NCBI GenBank assembly: GCA_965219925.1
Contig: OZ244795.1
Coordinates: forward strand, 199,395-263,394
DNA from: Dehalococcoidia bacterium
Lineage (GTDB): Bacteria; Chloroflexota; Dehalococcoidia; Lucifugimonadales; UBA3495
Direction: 5' to 3'
Length of the DNA: 64,000 nt
In this document: positions 44,758 to 55,319 of the stretch, piece after piece
Layout: the number at the start of each line of letters is the position of its first letter
Position numbering within the stretch: the stretch's first letter is position 1
Program-made: the position numbers and the translations under genes
Notes under the pieces: model-generated
Told to the model about the DNA's origin: nothing
Seen by the model: only the letters and a program-made list of their open reading frames with translations
The model's database searches: none

Positions 44758-44936
44758 TCGTTCGTTGTGGGACAGTCCTGGGTCTGTGTTCAGCTAGTTG
44801 AACGTGGGCATCTCGTGCGACCGAGTAGCAGGAGAAACCGGCGCTACGGCATGGGACTCCAGCCGTAACTCACAGATGTTCACTGTTGACGAGCGGTTTT
44901 AGGCTCATCGGGTGGTGGGCAGCGACGGGAGTGATG

Positions 44937-45404
44937 TCAGGATCGAGTGAGATTCCAGGGTGGAGCCAAGGCGGAGATCAATTGAGCCTTGCGTTCTCTG
45001 CGAACAGCGCGGCTCTCAATGGAGTGGAACCATACGACAATCTTTGTCCCTTGTTTGGCCTCAGTGAGTATCAGATTGTTAATTCGACAGTGGGTTTGCT
45101 GTCCACCATCTTGGAGAACGGCTGACGGAGATATGCGGCCTCGGAAGTTCCAAATCCTTGCAAGGTTCCCACTTTCGCCGACATAACGCACGTCGTTGTC
45201 ACACGTGATGACATAGACCCCGCCACGTTGCCAACGACTCTCTTGTGCAATCCGAAAACGACAGAATGGCCCCTTGCCATACCTGTGCAGGGAGGCGTTG
45301 GGCGCCGATTCCGGCCTAGATTCAATCAGCGCACCGCCACTATCACGCTCCGGACGTATTGGTCCGACGCATTCGAAAGTTTGGCCCGCAAATCGGCGTT
45401 CCAT
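44937..45404 (-). CDS. GIY-YIG nuclease-domain protein (155 aa)
   Basis: GGVYVITCDNDVRYVGESGNLARIWN (GIY...YVG...R), and later QTHCRINNLIL. Confidence 0.65.
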   Translation of the reverse strand: MERRFAGQTFECVGPIRPERDSGGALIESRPESAPNASLHRYGKGPFCRFRIAQESRWQRGGVYVITCDNDVRYVGESGNLARIWNFRGRISPSAVLQDGGQQTHCRINNLILTEAKQGTKIVVWFHSIESRAVRRERKAQLISALAPPWNLTRS

Positions 45405-45629
45405 TTTACGCTCCTAGCCGCGTGGCAGTGGTATAAGGGAGGAACGAGAAAATTGCGGAACTCCTTTTCCGCTGGGACGATGACTGAAAAGGGTCTACTT
45501 CGTGACGGATTGCGTCTCTGAGTTTTGGCCGTTCCGGCGATGGCTTTAGTCTTCTGAGTGCAGGGGGCAAATCTCGTCGCCGGTTTACAGACGTAGTCCA
45601 CACCCGCCGTCGGTTACGTCTTGCATACT

Positions 45630-45774
45630 GATGCGAAACCGGCCGCCCGTTGGTCAGTGGCTACCGCCGCCGTCGGTCAGCAACACTTTCATTGTGCCAG
45701 CGCCTGATGATCCCGCGCTACGGCCGAGCGTCATCAAACTGGGGCGGTGTAAAACTCGTTTCGGCACGCCGGCG
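45630..45774 (+). repeat. H-family repeat, copy H3
   Basis: GATGCGAAACCGGCCGCCCGTTGGTCAGTGG...CTTTCATTGTGCCAGCG...CGCGCTACGGCCGAGCGTCATC..TGGGGCGGTGTAAAACTCGTTTCGG. Confidence 0.6.
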
Positions 45775-46043
45775 TTCCCGGAATGCTCTTCGGCGGCGCG
45801 TCCGGGCGCGTCTGATAGATGCCGCAGGCCAACCGGCGAGTTCGGTGTCGGACGAGTTGGCATTGAGTGCAGGTAGGCCGTGGGTTCTTCGCAGGCTCGG
45901 CTGAGGTGGTCTCGCTTGGATATTGCCCTCGTGCCGGATAGACACTCGGGGTTGTACAGAACGGTTCCTCTTCTATTGCCGCAATTTCGCTCAATGCTCG
46001 ACGAATAGGGCCGTTTCAATCAGGATGCCCTATGTGAACCATG

Positions 46044-47722
46044 CTAGAAACCGGGCCGGAAAACCCTGGTTGGGGAGAGGGATTTCGGCGGCAAAGCCGA
46101 GACGAACAAAATCAGGGACCATAGTTGTCCGAGCCGGACGGCGCTGAAATTGGCCGCCGCATTGGCGACCACAGCGCGGACATCATTGCGGACGACGCGG
46201 TCGCCTGCTGCACCGCCATCGGTACTGCCCAACAGCCCGATTTTGCCCAACACCAGGGTGAGATTGGCCACCGTGGCCGCCAGATACAGCTGGAATTTCG
46301 TCTTGACCCTACCGAAGTAACGGGCCTGCCGGATGCCCAGCTGGACCAGCCGGGCCAATCTGTGCTCCACTACCACCCGTCGCGCTCGATACTCGTCGTA
46401 GTCGGCGCTTTGCTGCAAGGCCCGGGCCTGCTGCAACATGCCTTCCTGGGGATGGATCAGCACTCTGCGTCCTTTACTGCCTTGGGCCGCAATGCATTCG
46501 GGCCGCAGCGGACATACCCCACATACCGCCCCGTCGAACTGGAAAGCCTGCAATCGATAGACACGACCGGTGCGATCCGTCCGCTTTCCCGCCGGCACGA
46601 TGGCGTGGGTAACCTGCCCTGCCGGACAGGTGCAACTGCCCGCCGCCAGGTCAAGGTGAAAGTCATTTTTGGGAAAGTGTTTCCGGTCGGGCCGGCCCGG
46701 CGCTTTGGCCACCAACCGGCGTCCCGCGTCGGCGAAGGTCTGGCGAGTCCCGCCGTCCCCATAGGCGGCGTCGCCCATGGCTTCCTCCACCGGCGCTCCG
46801 GTACTCGCTTCGCTGGCCTCCACCAGTTCCAAGGCCCCCAAATTGTCGGGAGCGTTGCCCGGCAACACGTCCACGGCGGTGATCAACTGGCTGTCGGTGT
46901 CCACCACAATCGCCGCCTTGTGCCCGTGGCGCAGCTCCGGGGCATGCACCGACAGCATCCGGTCCTTGCTCACCCCATCCCTGATGCTCACCCCGTCATC
47001 AGCATCATCAACATCGCCATCGCCGCTCTTGCGCTCGACGTCCTGGAGCAGCAACTGTCCCAGCAACTCCGGCCCCATCCACTATGCTCTGCCGCTGGCC
47101 GCTGTCCTCCGGCAATTCCACCCACGCCTGTCGCGCCAGTTCCAGCAGCCGGTCCGCATCGGCCACTATCTCAGCCAACAACGCCGCCCGCGCTTTGCGG
47201 TCCGACCAGTCAATCACCGCCTCGCCCTTGATGCTGGACCCGAAGTACCGCTCGTACCCCTGACCTTCGGCCCATTCCCCGACAGCGATGTTCGCCACGG
47301 CCGCCAGGACCCGCAACAGTTTGACGATCCCGTCCGCCAGCAGATTGTAGGTGTCCTGCACCGCGCCCCGTCCCAGGATGTAGGTCGTGTCCAGCGCCAC
47401 CCGCATCCTACGCTTTTTCAGGTAGCCCGACTGCCGCGCCAGGCGCAGGCTGCCCTCGAATACCTCCCGCACCTTGTCGTGCAGTATCAGCTGCGCCCGG
47501 AACATCTGCAGCGTGCTCTTGGCAAAGGGTACTCTTGGCCAAAGGGTCTATCCTCAATCTCAATCCCCAGGGCGACCCCCGGTCGTGGCCGAGGGCAGGC
47601 TTTTCCACCGGATGTCGAAGTCAGCCCTCGCCTTGGCCTCGGCGTCGCTCACCTGGTCGTAGGTCTGCAGCAGCAGCGCCGTGGCCGGCAGGCTGGGCGG
47701 CACGCTGTCCCGTCCATTGTCC
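46044..47722 (-). mobile_element. IS1182-family (IS5-like, DUF772 plus DDE) transposase gene, 5'-truncated with at least 2 frame disruptions
   Basis: VPPSLPATALLLQTYDQVSDAEAKARADFDIRWK (DUF772). DTTYILGRGAV. AIVVDTDSQLITAVDV. GDAAYGDG. CTCPAGQ..CGVCPLRPEC. RVVVEHRLARLVQLGIRQARYFGRVKTKFQLYLAATVANL. The reading frame is split over three ORFs. No terminal inverted repeats were identified. Confidence 0.75.
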
Positions 47723-47906
47723 GGATGCGCTACTGGTTGGGCTGTACCGGGTTACCGACAAAAAGCCGGCCGCGCCGTTGGTCGGTGGCGGCCGGCGTCG
47801 CCGTTGGGCGGCGACAACATCATTGTGCCGGTGACGGTCGTTTGCGTGCCACCGCCGGGTGTCATCAGGTTGGGTAGGAAACAGGACACCCCGAATTTCT
47901 TCCGGA
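47723..47906 (+). repeat. H-family repeat, copy H4 (best-preserved hairpins)
   Basis: GCCGGCCGC-GCCGTTGGTCGGTG-GCGGCCGGC, then GTCGCC-GTTGGGC-GGCGAC, then CATCATTGTGCCGG. Confidence 0.65.
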
Positions 47907-47972
47907 AACAGCCCCTGGGCGCGTCATAGGCACTCTGGGGTCTTCTGGCCATTTGCGACTGGTTCCGGCGCC

Positions 47973-48587
47973 TCAGGCGGGTTCGATGCTGTGCAGGTAG
48001 AGGGTCTTACGGTCCCGCCACAACGGGTCCAGTTCGGTGACTTCAGCGCACTTGAATCGGTAACGTTTGCCGATCTGTAGGCCGTCCAGTCCAGGCCCGA
48101 AGGGGGCGGTCTTGCCGGTCTTTACTCCACTGTCGGTGAGCAGACTCCATTCGCCCGCACTGCGGCTAACCCGGTCAACCTGGCCGGTGAGTTCAACTAC
48201 TTTGCCCTGTTCCACGGCGCGCTGTATGGCTTTGCCGTCAGCCGGTTCCTGGGGGCCTAGGAAGTAACCGTCGTCGGGAAGATAGTCGGATTCTGCCAAT
48301 GGCGTTGACTGTGGCACCAGTGCTTGTGGATCATCAATGTTTCCTTCGGGCGTCGTGATGTACCATTTACCCTCGGGTGTTTCCAACAGCAGAGTGCGCA
48401 GGTCAACCTGACCCGCGCGCAGATCATCGAGACGGTCGGGCCTGACGCCGACCACCAGGTAACGGTCGTAATCTCCCTCTTTGTCGATCATGTCGCCGAC
48501 GTAGTGACCTCCAATGGGGTCGCGGGCAGCGAAGGTCAGGATGCCATCGTAGTATTCGAGAATTTCGGTTATGTTGATGGTTTTCAT
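47973..48587 (-). CDS. hypothetical protein (204 aa), downstream partner of a 4-nt overlapping gene pair
   Basis: Its ATG overlaps the upstream stop (ATGA at 48584-48587). I recognise no motif. Confidence 0.6.
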   Translation of the reverse strand: MKTINITEILEYYDGILTFAARDPIGGHYVGDMIDKEGDYDRYLVVGVRPDRLDDLRAGQVDLRTLLLETPEGKWYITTPEGNIDDPQALVPQSTPLAESDYLPDDGYFLGPQEPADGKAIQRAVEQGKVVELTGQVDRVSRSAGEWSLLTDSGVKTGKTAPFGPGLDGLQIGKRYRFKCAEVTELDPLWRDRKTLYLHSIEPA

Positions 48588-48961
48588 GGTACCACCACTC
48601 GGCAGTTGGCCAGGATGTCGTAGTTAGCCAGCGGCCACCAAGTATGATGAGAACGTCGGCCCGTTGGCTGGATGCTTCCCGCGCCTGATGCCAGGGTAAC
48701 CCGACAAACCGCCGTTCCTCTGAGGATTCCTCTTGTTGACAGCTGTTCGGCAACATTCCGGCTGGCGAAGACCGACAAGCCTCGGGTTTGACATTCGGTG
48801 TCGTCTCGGAAGACACGGTCCGGCTGTTCGGCCTGTTGAGACTGGAAGTCGTCATGGGCGGGCGGATGGTTTCGCACCAGGCGGTACACAACCCGCGGGA
48901 AACCGATTTCCTCGGCTTCGTCGGGTGGGCAGTCGTCGGGTAAAGGTTCACGATAGGTCAT
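48584..48961 (-). CDS. hypothetical protein (125 aa), upstream partner of the pair
   Basis: PPDEAEE..VVYRLV..DDFQS..CQTRGLSVF..SHHTWWP. It resembles a widespread uncharacterised small-protein family that I cannot name. Confidence 0.55.
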   Translation of the reverse strand: MTYREPLPDDCPPDEAEEIGFPRVVYRLVRNHPPAHDDFQSQQAEQPDRVFRDDTECQTRGLSVFASRNVAEQLSTRGILRGTAVCRVTLASGAGSIQPTGRRSHHTWWPLANYDILANCRVVVP

Positions 48962-49163
48962 GGTAGCGGTCGGATGCTGGTCGCCTTCAGTTTAGCCCGT
49001 GGCACAGAACGGTTTCCAGCCGCAGGTGCCTGAGTTGCGGGTTGCGTTTTCCATGGTTCGGGCGAGGCGTCGACCGTACCAAGGTCAGAATTCCTGATGT
49101 ATGGTCACGATGAGCCGTTTGTCCAGTTGTGGTACGCCACTATCGTCTTCAGCGAGGTTGGTG

Positions 49164-50210
49164 TCATAAGCGAGCTATGACCCTTGAGTAGGTACTAACG
49201 TCAGAGTTGCGGTTTTGATTTCTCTCTTTCTGAGGTCGGCGTCTCGTTCCGCTGAGGCGTTTGTCCATCGGGACCCGGAGTGCTCTTTTCTTCAACCGAA
49301 GAACCGACAGGTCGAGCCCGACATTGGGAATTTCCAGGTAGCCGTGTATCAACGATTCGTTCTCGTTTTGGTCGCTCTCGATCTCCTCGGCTTTGCCATG
49401 GCTTTCGGTTCGCAATTGGGCAAACCTGTCGGCTAGGGCGGTTACTCGGGCTAGTTGGTGCCAGTCGTCAAAGTAGATGTTTCGCTGGGCGGTTACGATT
49501 TGGAGGCCGTTGAGAGCCTCTATGTCGGATTCTGTAAGCGTTCGTTTATTTACGTAATCGTACGTTCCGCCGTCATAGAGCATTAGTAGATGATTTGGAG
49601 ACAGCGGGAGGAAGATCTGCAAGCCGGCGCGGAGCGCGCCGGCAATGCCCGTGTTTTGGGCTTGTTCGCAATACTGGTTGTAAAAGAACGCTGGGTTGTC
49701 GCTGGTAACAAAAACGGCCTCAGGGTGGCTGAGAACCCTGGACCTCAGATCGGAGATTGCACTGGTCACTTTGATGCCCATGTTTGGAACGAACTCGCGG
49801 GCCACGAATGATTCTACGGATCTTTCCAGTTGATTAGCGTCGCTGGCACGAGGTGAGACCGTCAGTTCAAACATTTTTCGGGACATCTCTGCTGCGGCGT
49901 TGACCGATGCCGGAGTACGTACGTGCTGCATGGCTACGAACCGAAGGATGGCCATAGGTAGGGTTCGTTCAGGGTGGCTGATTAAGTGATTGATTGCTCT
50001 ACCCGCCGCGGTTTCCATGACCGTTAGTGCGTCCTCGTTGCTTTGATCTCCATAGTAATTGGGCTTCCGGCACTGGTCTTTGATGCTCACGTCTTCCTTG
50101 GCGATGCGCCGGTGCAGGTTGAACAAGTTTATCCGCTTCGGTTTGCTGGCGAAGCGCTTAAGGTAGGATTGGGGAACGTAGTGGTGTTGCCTGGTGGGCA
50201 TGGTGCACAC
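49164..50210 (-). CDS. DUF4238-family protein (348 aa)
   Basis: N-terminal signature QHHYVPQSYLKRF. Confidence 0.7.
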   Translation of the reverse strand: MCTMPTRQHHYVPQSYLKRFASKPKRINLFNLHRRIAKEDVSIKDQCRKPNYYGDQSNEDALTVMETAAGRAINHLISHPERTLPMAILRFVAMQHVRTPASVNAAAEMSRKMFELTVSPRASDANQLERSVESFVAREFVPNMGIKVTSAISDLRSRVLSHPEAVFVTSDNPAFFYNQYCEQAQNTGIAGALRAGLQIFLPLSPNHLLMLYDGGTYDYVNKRTLTESDIEALNGLQIVTAQRNIYFDDWHQLARVTALADRFAQLRTESHGKAEEIESDQNENESLIHGYLEIPNVGLDLSVLRLKKRALRVPMDKRLSGTRRRPQKERNQNRNSDVSTYSRVIARL

Positions 50211-50539
50211 ATTCGCGACGTAGGAAATTTCATTAGATGAGGGAACGTCTGTCCTTTAGTTTGTGGTCCCCGGTGCCCAGAGAGTTCGTGCTGCCGAGTC
50301 CGGACGAATAGTTGGACATGTCCTTCCCGAGGCGTACATTGGATGCTGGGCGCCCACAGTCTAGCCCGTGGCCAGGATGTGCACTCGGCCTGGTGGCGTC
50401 GCCATCAAGTCGGCGACCGAGGTGAAACCAGAGAGGCAGAAGCACTTCATGGCGATTTAGCCGCGGCTGTCGCTATCCTGTATCGGCCGAAGGCGAATCA
50501 GCGGGTCTGCGTAGTTGCAAGCGTAGAGGATGGTCATGT

Positions 50540-51376
50540 CTAAGTTCTGTGCGGATTTATGGTACTTGACGAAGCGGTAGTTTCTGTGATCTGCCCATCG
50601 TGACGGACGTTGAATCGCCGTTCTTCGAAGACTTCTTTGACTACTAACCGTATGGCTTGTTCTCCGTCAATAACAATGTCTTCTTCATGGACGCGGGGTT
50701 TCACCCTGAACCGTACCGCTTCTATCATCGCGTGTTTGTCGAACCCTCGGATCTCCATTGTGGTTCCAGCAGGGAAGTGGACCTCAATTTGTTGCTCTGC
50801 TGGAGCTGCCGAGCTAACCGCGCCGTTGACAACTTGGTCGAGTGTCTTGGGTTCATGTCCGGGTTCGTTGATGGTGAGCTCTGCTCCTGAGGTCGTGAGC
50901 TGGATGCTTTCTCCAGCTTGCCGTGGAGGCTGTACGAACTCCAAATCGTAAAATTCAGGAAACGTAAGGTGTAGCCTGATGCAGATTGTCTTGATTCTCC
51001 CTTCCCAGTCAACGTGGTTGGGCTCTCGCATCTCGACCAAACCGATATTTCTCTGTTTCGCCAATGCCATTGCTCCAGACGTAAACCCTTCTCTTGAGAC
51101 GATCACCCCCTTCTCGGTGTTGGTGTCTTCGAGTGTGGTGATCAAGTTGCTCACTACATTCCTGGTAACTTTCTTTCGCCAGTACTTGCACTCGATGGCT
51201 GTCCTGACGGTTTGCAATCCGTTGGACTGCTTGGTTAGTACGTCAATTTGGTACCAGCTGCCTGACTTTCCTTGGATGCGGCAACCGGCTCCGAAACCCT
51301 TGATGGCGATGCCAGAGCTTTTTCCCATTGCTTGGTACAAGGCTGCGGTTGTTGCCTCGTATTCCTTGTCGTCCAT
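50540..51376 (-). CDS. Mrr-like PD-(D/E)xK restriction endonuclease domain protein with unknown C-terminal domain (278 aa)
   Basis: GKSGSWYQIDVL...AIECKYWRKKV...KGVIVSREGFTSGA. Confidence 0.7.
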   Translation of the reverse strand: MDDKEYEATTAALYQAMGKSSGIAIKGFGAGCRIQGKSGSWYQIDVLTKQSNGLQTVRTAIECKYWRKKVTRNVVSNLITTLEDTNTEKGVIVSREGFTSGAMALAKQRNIGLVEMREPNHVDWEGRIKTICIRLHLTFPEFYDLEFVQPPRQAGESIQLTTSGAELTINEPGHEPKTLDQVVNGAVSSAAPAEQQIEVHFPAGTTMEIRGFDKHAMIEAVRFRVKPRVHEEDIVIDGEQAIRLVVKEVFEERRFNVRHDGQITETTASSSTINPHRT

Positions 51377-51599
51377 TTTGCGAACCTTGCTGACATGGAT
51401 ACAGTTTGTCTTGATGGGGTCCCGGATTGGCGTTTTGTGGCTTTATTCTACACGTTCGGTTTTCGCCATCGGCGGTTGCCGATCAGTGTGGTTACTCCGG
51501 CATCCGCCGGCTGGCCGTTGCCGGACGCCAAGTACAGGTTGACGAAATGCCTCGTGTTGATCAGACGCTGTGCCGCCAATGGCGCCATCTTGTAATGAC

Positions 51600-51762
51600 C
51601 CAAAACAGTACGGCATGTCAAGATCTCGGCGAAATCGTCATCGCTGAACAGCTGGCCCCGCAGTGAGGCCAGCAAACCGTAAAAGGTGTCCTGGCCCACG
51701 TAGTCCAGATACAACCGGTCCGCTTCCCAAAGGCCCCTCTGGTCCGAACGCTTTCCCAGCAT
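51600..51762 (-). pseudogene. IS1182/IS5-like transposase N-terminal fragment
   Basis: MLGKRSDQRGLWEADRLYLDYVGQDTFYGLLASLRGQLFSDDDFAE. Homology is lost after ~55 aa. Confidence 0.5.
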
Positions 51763-51836
51763 TGCCCTGCTCCGCTAGCCTTGATTGCCCGGAGTATAAC
51801 CCCTCGCCAAATCAACCAGGGTTTCCGGCCAGCTTT

Positions 51837-51980
51837 CTAGTATTACAACGACGGTTGGTAAAGACAGACCCAGATTTCGGCCCACGCCAAACGGGGACGA
51901 TACTCAGATGAGGATAGCTTGGCCACCCTCGGATGCGGAACGTCAAGCGTCATTCACTAAATCCGTCGTTGTAATACTAG
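51837..51980. mobile_element. 144-bp MITE-like element, copy b
   Basis: Perfect 18-bp TIRs CTAGTATTACAACGACGG (51837-51854) and CCGTCGTTGTAATACTAG (51963-51980). Confidence 0.7.
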
Positions 51981-52107
51981 TAGCCGGACAGTTTTGAAAT
52001 GACGGGTGTGGAATGCCAGATTGCTCGACGATAGTCTCCATAAAGCCCTGTATGGCCGGGGAAAGGCCCTGTACCAATCAACCCATCATTACAAAGATTT
52101 CGGACCA

Positions 52108-52400
52108 CTAGGCGAGTTTCGAGGTCTGGACGATGGTGGGCCGCCCATGGGGACAGCGGTGTGGCTCCGGCGTTTTGGCCAGCTGCTCGATGATGGCCTG
52201 CATCTCTCCCGTGTCCAGTACGTCGCCGGCGCGGGACGCTGAGTGTCCACGCGATGGTGGCGGCGACCGCTTGTTGCGGTGAGCTGATGATCTGCTCGGT
52301 GGCGCATTCGTCCAGCAGTCGCTGCGGCAGGTTGATCTACTACGTCATCGCGTCGACGCGTTGCAGGTTGAATCCCTGCTGTTCAATGCGTTTGAGGTGT
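52108..52400 (-). pseudogene. mutL: mutL 3'-end remnant 1 (two in-frame stops, one frameshift)
   Basis: TLVEHLKRIEQQGFNLQRVDAMT-TAG-TAG-INLPQRLLDE..AVAATIAWTLSVP, then in a shifted frame AGDVLDTGEMQAIIEQLAKTPEPHRCPHGRPTIVQTSKLA-stop. CPHGRPT is the MutL C-terminal signature. Confidence 0.75.
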
Positions 52401-52401
52401 T

Positions 52402-54309
52402 CTACGAGGGTGTCGCGGGATTCGTTAGTTCGGGTTCCATAGTCTCGTCGGGGTCGTCGTCCGGGTCGTAAGACGGCTGGTCGGGTTCGTCGAAGTCGAC
52501 GTGCCACCGTTTTGTCGCCCACCGGAGAATGCGACGGCGGCGTTCGACTATGGTGTCGACGGTCCAGTCAGACCATGCTTCCGCGATTTCGTTTTCGATC
52601 TTAAGATTTGAGTGGCGGTAACAATAAGGGCCGGCATTACCGCAGTCGCGCTTCTGCGGAAACGGCTTGTTGCTCAAGGACTCGTTGCCGTTGGTGAGGG
52701 AAAGATTGCCGATGTCGTGGACGTAGTCCCGGTGGGTCTGCTCGTCGAAGCGTTCGATCCAGTAGTCTTGGCCTTTGATGGACTGCGGAGAGATATGTTC
52801 GATGGAGCTGTTGTTGATGTGGCCCCAGGGCGTTATCGGCAGCCCTCTCTGGGCGGCGGCCAAGTGGGTTTCGTACTCGTACAGCAGGTAGCTGAGACCC
52901 GAGCGTCCGAACCAGTTGTGTAGTACGTCGTGGTCCGAGAACTGGGCGAACTCACGTCTTGCGTCGCGGCTGTCGTAATGGCGCTTTATTTCGGGAAGGA
53001 TGTCTTGAACGCTGTCCGCTTGGGATACCTTATTGGCGAGTCGGAACATTGCCGGCTGCCTGTAATGAGCCGCAAACCGGGAGATGCGGTAGGTGCGGAA
53101 GGCGACGGCTTCGCAGAGTCTTAGAGTTTCGAGGTACGGTGCCGGATCCTCGGGCCAGCGTTTCCGTATTGCGATGAAGAGCGGCAAGAACGTGGCTGTT
53201 ACGCCGATGCGCGCAAGCCTCTGGTTCCAGGCTTTTACCTCGCCACGCGAGTTGGCTGGGAAGATGTTGAAAGCATCAGTTCGGTTCGGCTTCAGGAAGT
53301 CGCAATATGCGACGCATGAGTTTCGAAGGCTCGAGAGGTAGTCGAACAGTTGCTGGAGGGCCTCACCTGTGTCCATGTGGCCGGGATCGAGGCGTTCCTT
53401 AATGCTCTTGGCGCCGCGCCAATTGTGGGGTTGCGGATCGTAGTCCATTATCCAATGGGAGCGAAGCAACTGGTTCTCGTTGGCGGCGGAATCGAGATCG
53501 GCTTGACTGAGGTTGGTGAGGATTGCTTTCCACGTGTCGTTGACGGCATCGGCGAATTGTTTTTTGCTGACTTCGTCGATGCCGAGGCGTGAAGCTGTAT
53601 AGAGGAGGAAGTTTTTGACCTTCTCGAGGTCGCTGAGGGACTTGCCACGGTCGTTAACTACCTCGAAGATGAGCCCGACGTCGGTGGGGTCTTCGATTTC
53701 GAACCTGTTGAACCGCAAGGAACTTGTTATCTTCTCGTACAGCGAAGTAAGCCAGCTTTTACGTTCGGCGTGGTCCTCTGGACCTTGGCTTAAACGAAGG
53801 GCGAGACGTTCCCGAGCATTACGCAGCCTGGTCGAGGCTGCGACGAGAGGCCCGGCAATGTCCTGGGGAGCGTCGGGAAGGACATGGTCCTTGAAGAATT
53901 GGTCGGTTTCCTGGTTGAGGTTGAGCTTGTACAGGGGAAGCCCGTGCATGCCTGTGGCCCGGATGAAGTTTTTGGTGATGCCCTGGGCAAGGGTGTCGTG
54001 TTCGTCCAGAGAACGGAGGGCTTTAGCGATTTCGTTGAGCAGTATCACAACGGTGGTGAGGCGCTGTTGGCCGTCAACCACTTCGGAGCGGGTGTAGTGG
54101 TTGCCCTCGTTGTCCATGGTTGTCGGCGCTGCGTCCGACTCGAAGAGTGCTATGGTGCCGGCGTAGTGAAGCCTTTTGGGGTGCAGGGATTGGAGGTCTT
54201 CCCAGAACTCGTCCACCTGTTGGGTTTCCCAGGCGTAGCCGCGCTGGTAATCCGGTATGTCAAATACGCGGCCCGAAAAGACGGTCTGGAGAGGCATGGT
54301 GTTTTTCAT
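52402..54309 (-). CDS. GmrSD-family type IV (modification-dependent) restriction enzyme, DUF262 plus DUF1524
   Basis: FDIPDYQRGYAW and DGQQRLTT (DUF262/ParB-like). C-terminal SIEHISPQS...VHDIGNLSLTNGNESLSNKPF (DUF1524 His-Me finger). Confidence 0.85.
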   Translation of the reverse strand: MKNTMPLQTVFSGRVFDIPDYQRGYAWETQQVDEFWEDLQSLHPKRLHYAGTIALFESDAAPTTMDNEGNHYTRSEVVDGQQRLTTVVILLNEIAKALRSLDEHDTLAQGITKNFIRATGMHGLPLYKLNLNQETDQFFKDHVLPDAPQDIAGPLVAASTRLRNARERLALRLSQGPEDHAERKSWLTSLYEKITSSLRFNRFEIEDPTDVGLIFEVVNDRGKSLSDLEKVKNFLLYTASRLGIDEVSKKQFADAVNDTWKAILTNLSQADLDSAANENQLLRSHWIMDYDPQPHNWRGAKSIKERLDPGHMDTGEALQQLFDYLSSLRNSCVAYCDFLKPNRTDAFNIFPANSRGEVKAWNQRLARIGVTATFLPLFIAIRKRWPEDPAPYLETLRLCEAVAFRTYRISRFAAHYRQPAMFRLANKVSQADSVQDILPEIKRHYDSRDARREFAQFSDHDVLHNWFGRSGLSYLLYEYETHLAAAQRGLPITPWGHINNSSIEHISPQSIKGQDYWIERFDEQTHRDYVHDIGNLSLTNGNESLSNKPFPQKRDCGNAGPYCYRHSNLKIENEIAEAWSDWTVDTIVERRRRILRWATKRWHVDFDEPDQPSYDPDDDPDETMEPELTNPATPS

Positions 54310-54974
54310 GGCGCGGACCTCAGTGCGGATTCGTTTCTCGAAACGGAGGATCTGGGCGGCGCGTTCCGGCGGTTGGGTTCATCGCGGGCGTTCTTTGCTC
54401 GGAGGCCACGCGCTTGAGTGAAGACGGAGTCTGGGTTTGGAGCGCAAACTAACCCGGCTTATAGGGAAGTTGGATCTGCACGGTGCTTGCGCAGAATTTC
54501 GACTGCTCTGGGCCACTCCTTAACTGCCGTAGGCACCTTCGCAGTGGGACGCGAATAGCCAACGCGAAACCAACAAACGTGGTCTAGAGAGTGGTAGATT
54601 TCCGTCTGGACCGTTGGCGAGGTAATCGCGAATTTGGGACGCCATTGAGTTGTTGGCGTAAGGTGCTTGGCGGTGTGACGAAAATCGCTTCCGTGTTTCG
54701 GGTCGTGCATATCGGCAGTTTAGACTATTCCTACAGGGCCTGTCATGGCGGACAACAGAGTTGGTCCTGAGGCGCTGTGGACGGATCTCTGCGGTGCCGG
54801 TTCTGGTTGGTGGTGTTCGTGCAACCATCACAAGCGGAGCACCAACTCTGGCGACGCGCACTGAGACGGCGAAGGGGTTATGCGCGTATTATGGTTTTCA
54901 CTCGATTGGGTTGTGAAAATCGGAGAGCCTGCGGTCGGCTATGGCTTGGTCAGAATGCAATCAAAGGAGCTTTA

Positions 54975-55319
54975 GTGGATAGAGACGAATGGCTGAATTT
55001 GCCGCAAACCGATCCTCAACGATCGCGCACTATAGTGTGGGGAACTCTGCAAGCCTTTGCGGATACTGAGTCTGTGCTCAATGAGTTGCAAGCGGCTGGC
55101 CTAGACAGCCTGTTCCGGTCAGTCTTGACTGACTTGGGGTATGAGCTGGAAGCTCAATCAGGTGGATTGATCCACATCAATCTGCAGTCGGGTGAACAGT
55201 CCCATTGGGTTCGACGCATTGCTCGATTCCTTCTGGAACCTGGAAATTCAGGACGCCCAGCTCATGAGTTAGCCGCTGACCTTCGTGCTTTAGGGTATGC
55301 GGTGGACTTTGACCCTTGA
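54975..55319 (+). CDS. hypothetical protein (114 aa)
   Basis: AAGGAG lies 5 nt upstream of GTG 54975. The longer ORF from 54777 has an implausible Arg/Cys-rich N-terminus. Confidence 0.4.
   Translation: MDRDEWLNLPQTDPQRSRTIVWGTLQAFADTESVLNELQAAGLDSLFRSVLTDLGYELEAQSGGLIHINLQSGEQSHWVRRIARFLLEPGNSGRPAHELAADLRALGYAVDFDP

Noticed and set aside
46125-47877. 368-aa and 366-aa plus-strand ORFs
   Set aside because: They are antisense to the IS1182-family transposase remnants, which carry clear DDE and Zn-ribbon motifs on the minus strand.
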